Positions 29,633 to 39,538 of a stretch of DNA of 64,000 nt are shown in pieces. Origin of the DNA: a virus (lineage: Duplodnaviria > Caudoviricetes); the IMG/VR virus record IMGVR_UViG_3300031994_000044, positions 42,308 through 106,307 of that record, one strand, 5' to 3'. The notes beneath the pieces are model-generated. The model ran no database searches. It saw only the letters and a list, made by a program, of their open reading frames with translations, and was not told where the DNA came from. Position numbers and translations under genes: made by a program. Positions within the stretch are counted from its first letter, which is position 1, and each line of letters opens with the position of its first letter.

Positions 29633-31576
29633 TTATTTTTCTTTAATTCTAATCCTAATATCTTTTTCAGGATATTTAACTTCAAACATGCTATCTCCGT
29701 CACTATATAAAATACCGTCAGTAGCCTCTAAATCAATTAAATCACTGTCACCATCGCCAAGATAAGGCGTGTCTTCGTCAACTGCACTACTTGATATGGT
29801 TTCTTGATTGATTAATGATGAAGAATAACCATTGCCATGTTCATTATAAACCCTAAAATCAATTAGATTGATAACACCGTCAACTTTTGAAAGTTCTTTT
29901 TCAATATCACCTGTGTAGATTTCATCGCCCATAATTTTGCTATTGACATCCATGTAGTTTCTAATAACATTGATTAAATCCGATATAACGACCGTTTTTT
30001 CATAATTTTTATCAATAATAACATCAACATCAAACGACAGATTTATAATTCTTCCACTTTTAATTTCGACAAAATCATTAATCATCTTATAACCTGAAAG
30101 ATAATTAGTAATATTGTTTATCAATGTAACAGGTAATAAGTCATTTAATTTACCATCGCCATCAATACCGAGTAAATAAATCATTATCTTATTATTTTCC
30201 TCAATAACGCCAATTCTAAAAGGTGTTCCATATTTAGGGGGTAATCTTAATATTCTGTCAATATAATCTTTAACAGTTACGCATCTATTTTGTGCACCTT
30301 TATTATATTTTATCAAATATCTTAATTCTCGTTCACTTGGAATATCTTTACCTGATACTGAAGGTGTTGTATTTTCAACTTTCAATGTTTGATAGATGGC
30401 ATTTGCTATCTCACTGTCACCTCTAAATTCAGCGTTTAAAGAAGAAATCTTATTAATAGCGCCTTTTGCTACATTACTTGATTTTCCACCACCATTTCTA
30501 TATAAGATATAAAGTGTACTTTCAGCATTAGGTAATATACCTAAATTATTGTTGTTCAATATTCTGGTAATTTGCCATTTTGAAAACTCTGCCATGGAAC
30601 TATTTTCATGTAAACAGTCCACATTTCCATTACCTGACCCGAATATAATTTTTAGATAACCATTATCCATGTATTCAGTAATGAATTTTCGTTCTATTGG
30701 TCGCCATTCACCTTTTGTTATGTAAAATATCGGTTTTTTGTCTTTACTGACACTTGCATACCAAGGATTTCCGTCAGAATCATAGACATACATTACAGGT
30801 TTTCCGTCATGTTCCTGGTCAAGCCAAGCCCAATTTTGAGCAAGATTATCCACTTCATAATATCTATCCATCCCCTTGCAACCACTTGAATAAAAATCAC
30901 CATATGTTGGAGGTGTAACTCTATTGTCAATTCCGTCAACCACTAATATTGATTCAATATTCATAACGCCCTCAAATGGTAAAATAACTTCCATGAACGG
31001 ATAAATGTCGCTTGCGTGAAGAACTTGTCTATAAACACGTGTTTCACCTGCGGTCACAACGGCCAATTTTGAAACAGTATAACCAGTTATAACACCATTT
31101 GTGTTTACCTTTGGTATTATTGTTCTGTTCGTATTGCCATTTGAATCAAATTGTAATTTAAAATCAACATCTTCAAGCAATTCGAAAGACTGTGACGCTG
31201 AAGCAAATTTTGTACCTCTCTTAACAATTGGAGCAACATCCCAATTAGGCTCGTTAAGGCCCGATGGTAAAATACAACTTATTCTAACTTCAGCCATTGA
31301 CCCTTTGGGGCCTGGTATTTTAACACCATTATTTCTTGCAAGGGCATATAATGAAGCCCTTTCCTGTGCACTGTCAATGTTGGTTTCCTGATAAGCTCTA
31401 TCAATATAATATGATAAGTTATCAGCTACATCAGCGGCCAAATCAATTTGCCATGATGCAACAGAAGCATCATCATAAGTTACATTGAAATCGGGATAAT
31501 ATTTTTTTGAAAATTCAATTAACGCATCTTTGTAATCTTCAAAATTCCTGTTTAAATACGAAATACCTTTTTCCAT
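29633..31576 (-). CDS. Baseplate wedge subunit (T4 gp6-like / baseplate J family)
   Basis: 'YLNRNFEDYKDALIEF..KYYPDF', 'LSYYIDRAYQE..IDSAQER.S...LAR', 'FGSG' and 'AQNRCVTVKDY'. Confidence 0.85.
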   Translation of the reverse strand: MEKGISYLNRNFEDYKDALIEFSKKYYPDFNVTYDDASVASWQIDLAADVADNLSYYIDRAYQETNIDSAQERASLYALARNNGVKIPGPKGSMAEVRISCILPSGLNEPNWDVAPIVKRGTKFASASQSFELLEDVDFKLQFDSNGNTNRTIIPKVNTNGVITGYTVSKLAVVTAGETRVYRQVLHASDIYPFMEVILPFEGVMNIESILVVDGIDNRVTPPTYGDFYSSGCKGMDRYYEVDNLAQNWAWLDQEHDGKPVMYVYDSDGNPWYASVSKDKKPIFYITKGEWRPIERKFITEYMDNGYLKIIFGSGNGNVDCLHENSSMAEFSKWQITRILNNNNLGILPNAESTLYILYRNGGGKSSNVAKGAINKISSLNAEFRGDSEIANAIYQTLKVENTTPSVSGKDIPSERELRYLIKYNKGAQNRCVTVKDYIDRILRLPPKYGTPFRIGVIEENNKIMIYLLGIDGDGKLNDLLPVTLINNITNYLSGYKMINDFVEIKSGRIINLSFDVDVIIDKNYEKTVVISDLINVIRNYMDVNSKIMGDEIYTGDIEKELSKVDGVINLIDFRVYNEHGNGYSSSLINQETISSSAVDEDTPYLGDGDSDLIDLEATDGILYSDGDSMFEVKYPEKDIRIRIKEK

Positions 31577-31965
31577 CAGATTTTAACTCCTACCGTTGTT
31601 ACTTCAGTTTTATTACCAATTTTAATACTATACTCTATGGTGACTATTATGGCATTTTCATCCTCGTTATTTTTATATACATTAAAGTTCCTAAATTCCA
31701 CTTCGGGAACATATTTTCGTATTGATTCCGATATTTCCTCTTTTATACTAGAAATCGTGTATTCATCCTTTTGGCTGAATATGTATTTTATCAAGTCGGT
31801 TCCAAATTCAGGGTCTCTTAACTTTTGACCTTTGGGTGTAAAAATTACATGCAAAACCTTAGATTTAACACAATCACTTTCAGTGTTATTAAGGTCAAGA
31901 TAAATACATTCATCATTGTTGGATGTGAATGGATATTTTATGCCATATTTTTGATGTTTAGCCAT
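31576..31965 (-). CDS. Baseplate protein gp25-like (GPW/gp25 family)
   Basis: 'GIKYPF...T.KGQKLRDPEFGTDL..YIF...I.KYVPEV'; directly upstream of the gp6-like gene. Confidence 0.85.
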   Translation of the reverse strand: MAKHQKYGIKYPFTSNNDECIYLDLNNTESDCVKSKVLHVIFTPKGQKLRDPEFGTDLIKYIFSQKDEYTISSIKEEISESIRKYVPEVEFRNFNVYKNNEDENAIIVTIEYSIKIGNKTEVTTVGVKI

Positions 31966-31997
31966 TTAAGTTTTATTTTTATTTATAAATAGCAGTT

Positions 31998-32822
31998 TTA
32001 ATCTTTTATGAATTCCATTTTAAATAATCCATTGTTAAATTGTACAAGTGTTGGCTTTTTGATTAATTTACCTAAATCTATTTCAGATTTATTCCAATTC
32101 ATTGAAAACCAAGCCAATTTCATTGCACTAATCATTACATCATTATCATTACGGTCTATACCTTCTATTTTTGTGTTCACATAAAAAGTCGAAGAATTAA
32201 CATCTTTAAATGAATAATCTTCAAAACAGTCTATTGCGTTTACTTCTATGAATTGATTAATAATATTTGGCCCTTTGAATTCTCTGTATTTTAACAAGCA
32301 CCATACCACAACTTCATCATTTGCCATACGCCGCCCTATATATTCAGCACTATTATTTACAACTTCTTTAACTAACTTTTTACTAATTAGTGTAAAATCA
32401 CCACGTAAAAACGGAACATGTAACACAGGAAATACTAATCTACCACCATATATTTTATCATCATTTATCAATGCACTGTTTACAAATTTATCGACTAAAT
32501 CAATATTAATAACAGTTGCCGTATTTGTTAATAAAATATAGTCAAATTCTATATCAGGGTTATTGTAGAGTGTTATAAGGCTTTTCAAAGTCTTTTCCCC
32601 CGTACCATAATAATCATCACTGCTTATGGCATATATAACATGGTTTTCAAGGTCAATACTATTTTCGTTTGACGAATGCATAAATAAAAGATTAAAATTA
32701 TCTTTTTCACCACTAACAATACTTTTAGCCCATGTTTCTTTTATAATATTTTCTTCTTGTAAATATGGCTGTAAATCACAAGACAATGATAAAATTAAAA
32801 CTTTCTTTTTCTGTTTTTCCAT
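31998..32822 (-). CDS. Putative GT-A glycosyltransferase (GT31/galactosyltransferase-like)
   Basis: 'I..SC...IKETW', 'DDY....EKT', 'FDYILLTN', 'YGG', 'G.F.LIS' and 'NDEV' follow the GT31-like motif order. The canonical DxD is not evident. Confidence 0.55.
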   Translation of the reverse strand: MEKQKKKVLILSLSCDLQPYLQEENIIKETWAKSIVSGEKDNFNLLFMHSSNENSIDLENHVIYAISSDDYYGTGEKTLKSLITLYNNPDIEFDYILLTNTATVINIDLVDKFVNSALINDDKIYGGRLVFPVLHVPFLRGDFTLISKKLVKEVVNNSAEYIGRRMANDEVVVWCLLKYREFKGPNIINQFIEVNAIDCFEDYSFKDVNSSTFYVNTKIEGIDRNDNDVMISAMKLAWFSMNWNKSEIDLGKLIKKPTLVQFNNGLFKMEFIKD

Positions 32823-35608
32823 TAGGTATACATATTTTCTTCCATCTTTATATAAGGTAATTTATAGATTCTATCGTTACTGAAATTATGTTGCAGCCAT
32901 AAGGTCCATATTCTTTCAGATAAGAAGCCGCCTATCTCACTTTGCCATTTAACTGCTGCTTCAGTTATTGGTTCTTTCTCATATCTAATATATTTACCTG
33001 TTTCCATATTGTATTTTACATGGTCTATTAAATCAGCTTGTGTATGAAGATTTGCCAAATCAAGATAATATTGGAGACAACTAAATAAAAATTCAGAATA
33101 TCTATCAAAATCTTCAGATTTCATAATAAAGCCATTTGAGTAATATAGATTTTCGCCATGTTTAATATATTTATCATAATCCTCTGCATATTCAGGATAA
33201 AAATGCTTAATAGCGACTTCCAAGATATATAAATCATCTATACAATTTGAAAAAGCGTACCCTTCTTCGACGGTTTTTGCTGGTATACACATTGGCTGTT
33301 CCTTTGTTGGTTTACTGTTTTCAGGATGATTAAATGGTTCGCAGGTTATTACATCATAGTTTTTAAATATTTTTTCAAAATCCATTGTTTCATTAACTCC
33401 TGAAAGTGGTCTTCTGTATTGCATTTGGCCCTTATATTTTGCATTTTCTATGTTTTTCCAAATCCAATAAGTACCTGTTGATTCGATGAAGAAATAATTT
33501 TTATCTGATATATTGTCACCTGTGTTATCTTTTAGATTACAAACATTCATATTATTTGCCGCACCGACTTGTAATGGTGTAACAACTGAATCATCCAAGA
33601 ATTTAAAATCTTTTCTTTCATAGCATAATGAGAATATACGGACATCTTCCCTTTTCTCGCCATCATACGGTAACAAATAACCCATATCAATACCAAGTTC
33701 CTTGTTAAATAAATCAACTTTTTCTTTTGTTACCTCATTACGTTTAAAGAATAATTCAAGCAAATGTTTTTGTGTTATCTGATTTCCATCACAAAAACCT
33801 CGTTTGATTTTTTTTGCAAATTCTTCGGCTGTTTTTGTTGTAAAATGCATAATTCCACCATTTCTGAAATCATATGGAACAAAAGGCGATTTGGAATCAC
33901 ATGGAAGTCCAAATGAAGTACAACATTTTATTTCTTCCATTGGAGTGTGTGGGGTGGTTTTAAATGTAATTTTATCAAGTCCGCCTCTTATTATTGATTT
34001 GATATGGAATGTATCGGGTATTTTATATTCAGGTGCTAAATTAACATTCAAAGGTGTTTTAATCCTTTGCAACAAAGGAAGCCCGTTGTTATAAACCATA
34101 CCTTCATCACCATACATAAGCCAATTTAAGTGAACCATATCAAAATTATCAAATATATTGTCACTTAAAAAACCTTTAATCGTTCTGTGTTTGTGCAAGA
34201 ATATAAATTCATCAATATCCAAAAACGCAATCCAGTCATATTTATTACCATATTCTGCATAGCACTCATTATAAGCCTTATTCTGACATGGTTCGGTTAT
34301 ATTCCTATAATCTTTAAGAATGACATATCCATTGTCTATATAATCACCGATTACATCATGGAAATCATCTTCACCGTCTCTGTTGTTATCATATAAGCAA
34401 ATATTGGTAAAACCTAAGTTCTTGTTATATTCAACAAATTCTCTTATATAATCATTTTCAAAACGTCCGATACAGCATAATAGCACCTTTATATCATCTT
34501 TATTGATTTTTAAAAATTCAGTTTCAAATGTCTTCGCAACATTTTCCCATGTATAATCTTTAACACAATCATATGAAGATTTTACTTTTGAAAGTCTGTA
34601 ATTTTCATCTTTAAGGCATTTAATGGCATCTTCAGCCATTTTTTTGTAAAATTCCTCTAGACGGTCATATTCCATTGGTTCCCAAATACTATCAAATAAA
34701 TCGGCACATATAAACCCGTCATAATCATTAAGCGTTGTATAGAAACAACCCCACGGCCCTAAAATACACGCATTTTTAGCAAAAGCGTTTTCAACCGTTG
34801 TGATTGAAAATGTTTCTTCATTTCTGTTGTATTCCGAATCATATCCATGGTTTATATATACCCAAATTTTTGATTCACATTGTCTTTTAATCAATTCTTC
34901 TCTTGGGATGTTATTTAATATGTTAACACCGTCTTGTTTGTATAAAGAACTTACATCGGACTTTTCAAGCCACCAACTGCATATGTCAACTTCAAAATCA
35001 GGTATTTCTTTTTTAATCAAGGGAAAAACATTTTCCATGAACATTCTTAATCCCCTGTTAGGACCTTGCGAAAAAAGCATTTTGTTTTTCTTTTCAAGAT
35101 TTGAATACTTTTCATAAAGAGTATGGTCTATTGCTTGAAAAGTTTTGGTAAATTTATTTTCTGGTATATTGTATTTCTCTTTTAATACCTTCAATTGAAA
35201 TGCTGATTGGTAAAATATTTTTTTAATACGGTCAATATTAAAATCAGGTGTATAATTTACAATCTCCGTATCATGTGCCATTATATATACATTGTCACAA
35301 TTTACAATTTCATTGTCAATTATTGGCTTAACTGTACGGCTTAAAATAATCTCATCAAATTTTATCTCTGAACATATTTTTTTGAAAGAGGATATATTCT
35401 TGTATTTTATTGCATTGTCCCCAACAATATAATTATGCTCGGTTTCAGGGTTACCGAACACATAAACATCATGTCCGCGTTTAGCAAATTCTTTTGATAA
35501 TTCTATGGCCCAAATTTCACTGCCACCGACTTTTCCTTGTTCATAATTTCTTTCGTCCCATTTAAAGTTTTCATCAGGGACATAACAATATATTCCTATT
35601 ATTTTCAT
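32822..35608 (-). CDS. Tri-domain glycosyltransferase fusion (GT-B/GT4-like + GT2/GT92-like + DUF4422)
   Basis: N-terminal 'GGSE.WA..LSKEFAKRGHDVYVF...ETFSIT.VE'; middle 'EN.YIREFVEY...GF..I.LYDN...WIAFLDIDEF'; C-terminal 'PLQVGAA...DNTGDNISDKN...E.TG.YWIWKN...QYRR...GFLSER'. Start MKIIGIY at 35608. Confidence 0.8.
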   Translation of the reverse strand: MKIIGIYCYVPDENFKWDERNYEQGKVGGSEIWAIELSKEFAKRGHDVYVFGNPETEHNYIVGDNAIKYKNISSFKKICSEIKFDEIILSRTVKPIIDNEIVNCDNVYIMAHDTEIVNYTPDFNIDRIKKIFYQSAFQLKVLKEKYNIPENKFTKTFQAIDHTLYEKYSNLEKKNKMLFSQGPNRGLRMFMENVFPLIKKEIPDFEVDICSWWLEKSDVSSLYKQDGVNILNNIPREELIKRQCESKIWVYINHGYDSEYNRNEETFSITTVENAFAKNACILGPWGCFYTTLNDYDGFICADLFDSIWEPMEYDRLEEFYKKMAEDAIKCLKDENYRLSKVKSSYDCVKDYTWENVAKTFETEFLKINKDDIKVLLCCIGRFENDYIREFVEYNKNLGFTNICLYDNNRDGEDDFHDVIGDYIDNGYVILKDYRNITEPCQNKAYNECYAEYGNKYDWIAFLDIDEFIFLHKHRTIKGFLSDNIFDNFDMVHLNWLMYGDEGMVYNNGLPLLQRIKTPLNVNLAPEYKIPDTFHIKSIIRGGLDKITFKTTPHTPMEEIKCCTSFGLPCDSKSPFVPYDFRNGGIMHFTTKTAEEFAKKIKRGFCDGNQITQKHLLELFFKRNEVTKEKVDLFNKELGIDMGYLLPYDGEKREDVRIFSLCYERKDFKFLDDSVVTPLQVGAANNMNVCNLKDNTGDNISDKNYFFIESTGTYWIWKNIENAKYKGQMQYRRPLSGVNETMDFEKIFKNYDVITCEPFNHPENSKPTKEQPMCIPAKTVEEGYAFSNCIDDLYILEVAIKHFYPEYAEDYDKYIKHGENLYYSNGFIMKSEDFDRYSEFLFSCLQYYLDLANLHTQADLIDHVKYNMETGKYIRYEKEPITEAAVKWQSEIGGFLSERIWTLWLQHNFSNDRIYKLPYIKMEENMYT

Positions 35609-35663
35609 TACATAAAAATTTATAAAAAGTAAAGAAAAATGTTTTTTAGTAAATATAAAAAAC

Positions 35664-35693
35664 AAAAAAACGCACCTAAAAAGATGCGTTTTT
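35664..35693 (-). terminator. Intrinsic terminator after the collagen fibre gene
   Basis: AAAAAAACGCACCTAAAAAGATGCGTTTTT. Confidence 0.65.
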
Positions 35694-35711
35694 ATTCATT
35701 TTTTTGTGCTT

Positions 35712-36644
35712 TTAATTAATTCCTAAACGCGCTTTGAGTTTTAGTATCTCATCATACAATTTATCAATTGCAGCCAATGCAACTATTGATAATTTGTCAT
35801 ATGCAACAGCATATTCACCATTTTCATCGACATTGACAAGTTCGGGATAAATTTCTTTCAGTTTTTGTGCTGAAGTACCGATATTTACACCTTGAGGTTC
35901 ACCGCTTTTCCATTCAAAATACTGTTTAGGTATTATTTTCAATTCTTCAAGATTGCATCTAATATTACCCTTGAATGTTTTAAGTGTTTCATCTGACAAT
36001 GAATATAAAAGACCATTTGTCATGTAAACATTTGCATTTGTATTAACATTAGAAGTATTAAAGACTGAATTAGTTGCACTTGAACCTATTAAATAACGTT
36101 TTGAGTCTGAAGCTGATAATGTAATTGCATTATAATTAGTACCATTAGCACCTGTTGGACCTTGTGGACCTTCTTCTCCTGTAGGACCTTGTGCACCTGT
36201 TGGACCTGTAGGACCTGTATTACCTGTTGCACCTGTAGGGCCTTTAGCACCCGTAGGGCCTTGTGGACCTGTTGGGCCTATAGCACCCGTAGGTCCATTT
36301 ACTGTCGGTATTGTTAATATTTTTCCTCTTGTGCCTTGTGTTATTGTTGGCGTTACGACCGTATCACTCATTGTTGCAGCGGTAATAATATTCATATCAG
36401 TATAATCCATTGCATTCACCAATGCATTTGCCGCATATTCAGATGCTTCTGTTTTAGAGGCAAAATTTGTGCTATAATATTCATTTTCCATGAATAATGC
36501 AACACTATCATCATACTTTTTTGTTGCTAAAAATGATTTACCTGTACCAGAGGCATAATTAACATAGACCTCACCGTAATCCATTGTGACCGCTGACGGG
36601 ATTTTATCAACTTGATTACTTTTCTTTAAAATAACTTTTGGCAT
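35712..36644 (-). CDS. Collagen-like tail fibre with C-terminal intramolecular chaperone (peptidase S74-like)
   Basis: N-terminal 'P....DYGEVYVNY', about 18 Gly-X-Y triplets, and 'SDETLK...IG.SAQ.L.EIYPELV...VAYDKLS...AI..L'. Confidence 0.85.
   Translation of the reverse strand: MPKVILKKSNQVDKIPSAVTMDYGEVYVNYASGTGKSFLATKKYDDSVALFMENEYYSTNFASKTEASEYAANALVNAMDYTDMNIITAATMSDTVVTPTITQGTRGKILTIPTVNGPTGAIGPTGPQGPTGAKGPTGATGNTGPTGPTGAQGPTGEEGPQGPTGANGTNYNAITLSASDSKRYLIGSSATNSVFNTSNVNTNANVYMTNGLLYSLSDETLKTFKGNIRCNLEELKIIPKQYFEWKSGEPQGVNIGTSAQKLKEIYPELVNVDENGEYAVAYDKLSIVALAAIDKLYDEILKLKARLGIN
36137..36300 (-). repeat. Gly-X-Y collagen repeat (GPT-rich)
   Basis: [53 protein letters not shown]. Confidence 0.9.
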
Positions 36645-36730
36645 ATATAGATATGTGTTTTTTAAATCTTATAGAAGACAATTATTATTATATTATAATA
36701 ATAAATAGCCAATCATTAAGAAAAAGCAAC

Positions 36731-36758
36731 AAAAAAAGCCATGATTTTTCATGGCTTT
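36731..36758 (-). terminator. Intrinsic terminator after nrdG
   Basis: AAAAAAAGCCATGA-TTTT-TCATGGCTTT, a perfect stem. Confidence 0.75.
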
Positions 36759-36782
36759 AATAAAAAACAAGTATTTACAATT

Positions 36783-37244
36783 CTATTGCTTCCAAAATTT
36801 ATATGTTATATCAAGCGGTTCACCATTATAAATATAATAAAGTCTTTGATTTGTCGTTTTTTTGTTTAATGGGCCATATTCTTCAATATATGGACCGACT
36901 TTAACATAATTAAAATTATCAATCATATATTGTTTCAATTCGGATTGTCCTGAATATAGCCCTGTTGCTAAGTTATAGTTATCACTAATATATTTTGACA
37001 ATTTACAGAGACTTTCAATATCATTACCTTCACCCATGAAACATATACAAGTTATACCATCGTTTTTTTCGACAAGTTTATCAATTGCTTCAAAAGTTAG
37101 TTCATCGCCTATATTTTCTCGTAAATAAGGCGAATGACAACCAATGCAATTGTTTTGACAATTACTTATATTTATTGCCAATGTTACCTCGTCAGGTATT
37201 TCAGCGAATACCACCATAGTTTCGTTTTTTATGTATTTAATCAT
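36783..37244 (-). CDS. nrdG: Anaerobic ribonucleotide reductase activase (radical SAM)
   Basis: 'EIPDEVTLAINISNCQNNCIGCHS' contains CxxxCxxC; also 'TNQR'. Adjacent to nrdD. Confidence 0.92.
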   Translation of the reverse strand: MIKYIKNETMVVFAEIPDEVTLAINISNCQNNCIGCHSPYLRENIGDELTFEAIDKLVEKNDGITCICFMGEGNDIESLCKLSKYISDNYNLATGLYSGQSELKQYMIDNFNYVKVGPYIEEYGPLNKKTTNQRLYYIYNGEPLDITYKFWKQ

Positions 37245-37252
37245 AATCGAAA

Positions 37253-39445
37253 TTAAAATTTATTATACGCTCTTTTTGAAGCTTCAATTTGTCTTGGTTC
37301 GGCAAATGAAGAAATACGTTTTAAATATCCTATAACACGGGTTAAATAGTCGAGATTTGTACTTCCGCAATGAGGACATTTATCTAATGTATGTTTACTT
37401 ATAAACCCACAATCATTACAAACAGTATTCTTAACATTAAATGTAAAATAATTACATCCATTTTTAGCCGCAACTTTCATTAAATACCGATATTGTTCCT
37501 TAGTTAAAGACTCTTGTAGGTTTAAATGAGCTGCTGAGCCACCATCCAAATAAGCAACAAAGTTTTCGCCATGTAATTTAAGTTTATCCAAAATACTAAT
37601 TTCAGTATCTTCAGGATTATAAAAATAAGAACTATAAAGATTCCTATTAGGACTTACCCAATATCCGTCTTTTTTATCCCATTTATAATTTTTGCCTGCT
37701 AAATTTTCAGCAGGAACAAATTCGGTATTGAACATACAATCTCTTGTTCTGTCTTTACGGTTAGAAATGTTGATTGTTTCCAATATATTGTTCACAAATT
37801 CTTGATATTCATCGTTTACATTAACTTTTATACCGAGGAATTCAGCTGCATCTGTAATACCATTTACTCCGACAGTTAGATATTGTTTTCTCATATCAAT
37901 AAAACCTGCCCTATAAACATCAAGCATATTTGCTTCAAGAAAGTCTTTAATTGTATCATTAAAAGCAGTTTGATATTTATGAACACGTTCAGTAAGTTCT
38001 CTTACCTCATTTCTAATATATTCATACAGTGTATCTTTATCATATTCAAGACCCATTTCTACAACATTTTTACCTTCATCCAATGTCATACCGTATTCGT
38101 CTTCAAAATATCTTCTTGTTGCATCTTGAACTAATCTTGGTAAATTCATGGTCATAACTGATTTTGAACCTGTTGCAACTGAGGCTGTTCCCATAGAATA
38201 TTGATGTGTAGTATGATTATGGTCAGCATCATTGTTATCTAAGTCTTTTAATGAGTTACGTAAACGGCAACAGCTACTAAGACTATCAGGGCTATTTGAA
38301 AGATAGCAGAAGAAACTATGGCCTTCGGACCACATTTCAGCCGTAAAATCAGCATATTCCTTATCCAAGAAATCATCATTACCATCAGTAAGTAATGCCA
38401 TGGTCTCAACAGGGAAAGTAAATGTATATTTCAATCTTTCTTTATTAAACCATTTCATAAATCTCTTTTGCAACCATGATAATGTTTCCCAAATGGGTTT
38501 TGTACCATCAGGAAAGACAAAATCACCAAATACACCTTTAAAGTATGGCTCATCAAAGTAACCAACGTTCCAGAAGACGCTCTGGTAGCCGCGATTGCCC
38601 GCTGGCATATTCATACTATGTACCACTTGCTGAAATGCATTATCAATAACATCGCCAATTGTTCTCTTTTTTCTACTCATATCAACAACTTCGTCAATTC
38701 TATTAATATAGTCATCACCGTAATCCAATCTTAAAAAATAATCCATATACATTAAAAATTCAGGCGTGGCGACTGCCCCCATAAATTGAGAAGCAATTGA
38801 ATATACAAGATTAATGAATTGTCCACAGAAAGATTTTAAATCAGTAGGAGCCGTTGATTCTCCACCAAGTCCTTTTAATCCATTAACAAGGAAAGGATAC
38901 ATTGTTATTGCAACACAATATGGATAACCTGGCGTACCGCTTTCATCATGTTTATATAGCCTATGTGACCCTAAATCAAGTAAATACTGTTCTGCAAGTT
39001 TTTTTGAATATTTGTTTCTAATTTTATCACATAGAATATATCTATTTTGATTGATATTATTTTCTTTATACAACTCTTGACCAAGTGTCACTATGTTTTT
39101 ATTACTTACATTTGCATTTGAGTCAAATTTTGAACCTGTTGCAGCATTTTTTGCATGGATATACTCCTGAATAAAATCGTTTTTCTTTCTCAACGGAACA
39201 GTGTCATTGTAACACCTAACATATTCCTTAGCAACTTTTTTATTAACACTCATTAATGCATCTTCCACTTGTCTCCTAATTTCACCTGTACTGATGTTGT
39301 CATAAAGAAAAAGACTGTTGACAATACTTTCAAGCATTAAATCATCACATTCTTCATTAATTTTTTCATAAGCTTTGCAAATACTCTCCTTAACTTTCTC
39401 TCTATCAAAATCTTCTAGAAATCCTTTGCTTTTTCTTACATTCAT
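37253..39445 (-). CDS. nrdD: Anaerobic ribonucleoside-triphosphate reductase (class III) with ATP cone
   Basis: N-terminal ATP cone, 'SSCCRL', C-terminal CxxC...CxxC, and glycyl radical motif 'TRVIGYL'. Confidence 0.95.
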   Translation of the reverse strand: MNVRKSKGFLEDFDREKVKESICKAYEKINEECDDLMLESIVNSLFLYDNISTGEIRRQVEDALMSVNKKVAKEYVRCYNDTVPLRKKNDFIQEYIHAKNAATGSKFDSNANVSNKNIVTLGQELYKENNINQNRYILCDKIRNKYSKKLAEQYLLDLGSHRLYKHDESGTPGYPYCVAITMYPFLVNGLKGLGGESTAPTDLKSFCGQFINLVYSIASQFMGAVATPEFLMYMDYFLRLDYGDDYINRIDEVVDMSRKKRTIGDVIDNAFQQVVHSMNMPAGNRGYQSVFWNVGYFDEPYFKGVFGDFVFPDGTKPIWETLSWLQKRFMKWFNKERLKYTFTFPVETMALLTDGNDDFLDKEYADFTAEMWSEGHSFFCYLSNSPDSLSSCCRLRNSLKDLDNNDADHNHTTHQYSMGTASVATGSKSVMTMNLPRLVQDATRRYFEDEYGMTLDEGKNVVEMGLEYDKDTLYEYIRNEVRELTERVHKYQTAFNDTIKDFLEANMLDVYRAGFIDMRKQYLTVGVNGITDAAEFLGIKVNVNDEYQEFVNNILETINISNRKDRTRDCMFNTEFVPAENLAGKNYKWDKKDGYWVSPNRNLYSSYFYNPEDTEISILDKLKLHGENFVAYLDGGSAAHLNLQESLTKEQYRYLMKVAAKNGCNYFTFNVKNTVCNDCGFISKHTLDKCPHCGSTNLDYLTRVIGYLKRISSFAEPRQIEASKRAYNKF

Positions 39446-39538
39446 GATTTAATTTTATTATTTTTTTATTATTAAAAATGATTATTTTTAATAAATAAAA
39501 GGCTCTTTCAATTTTTCTGAAAAAGCCCTTCTTTTTTT

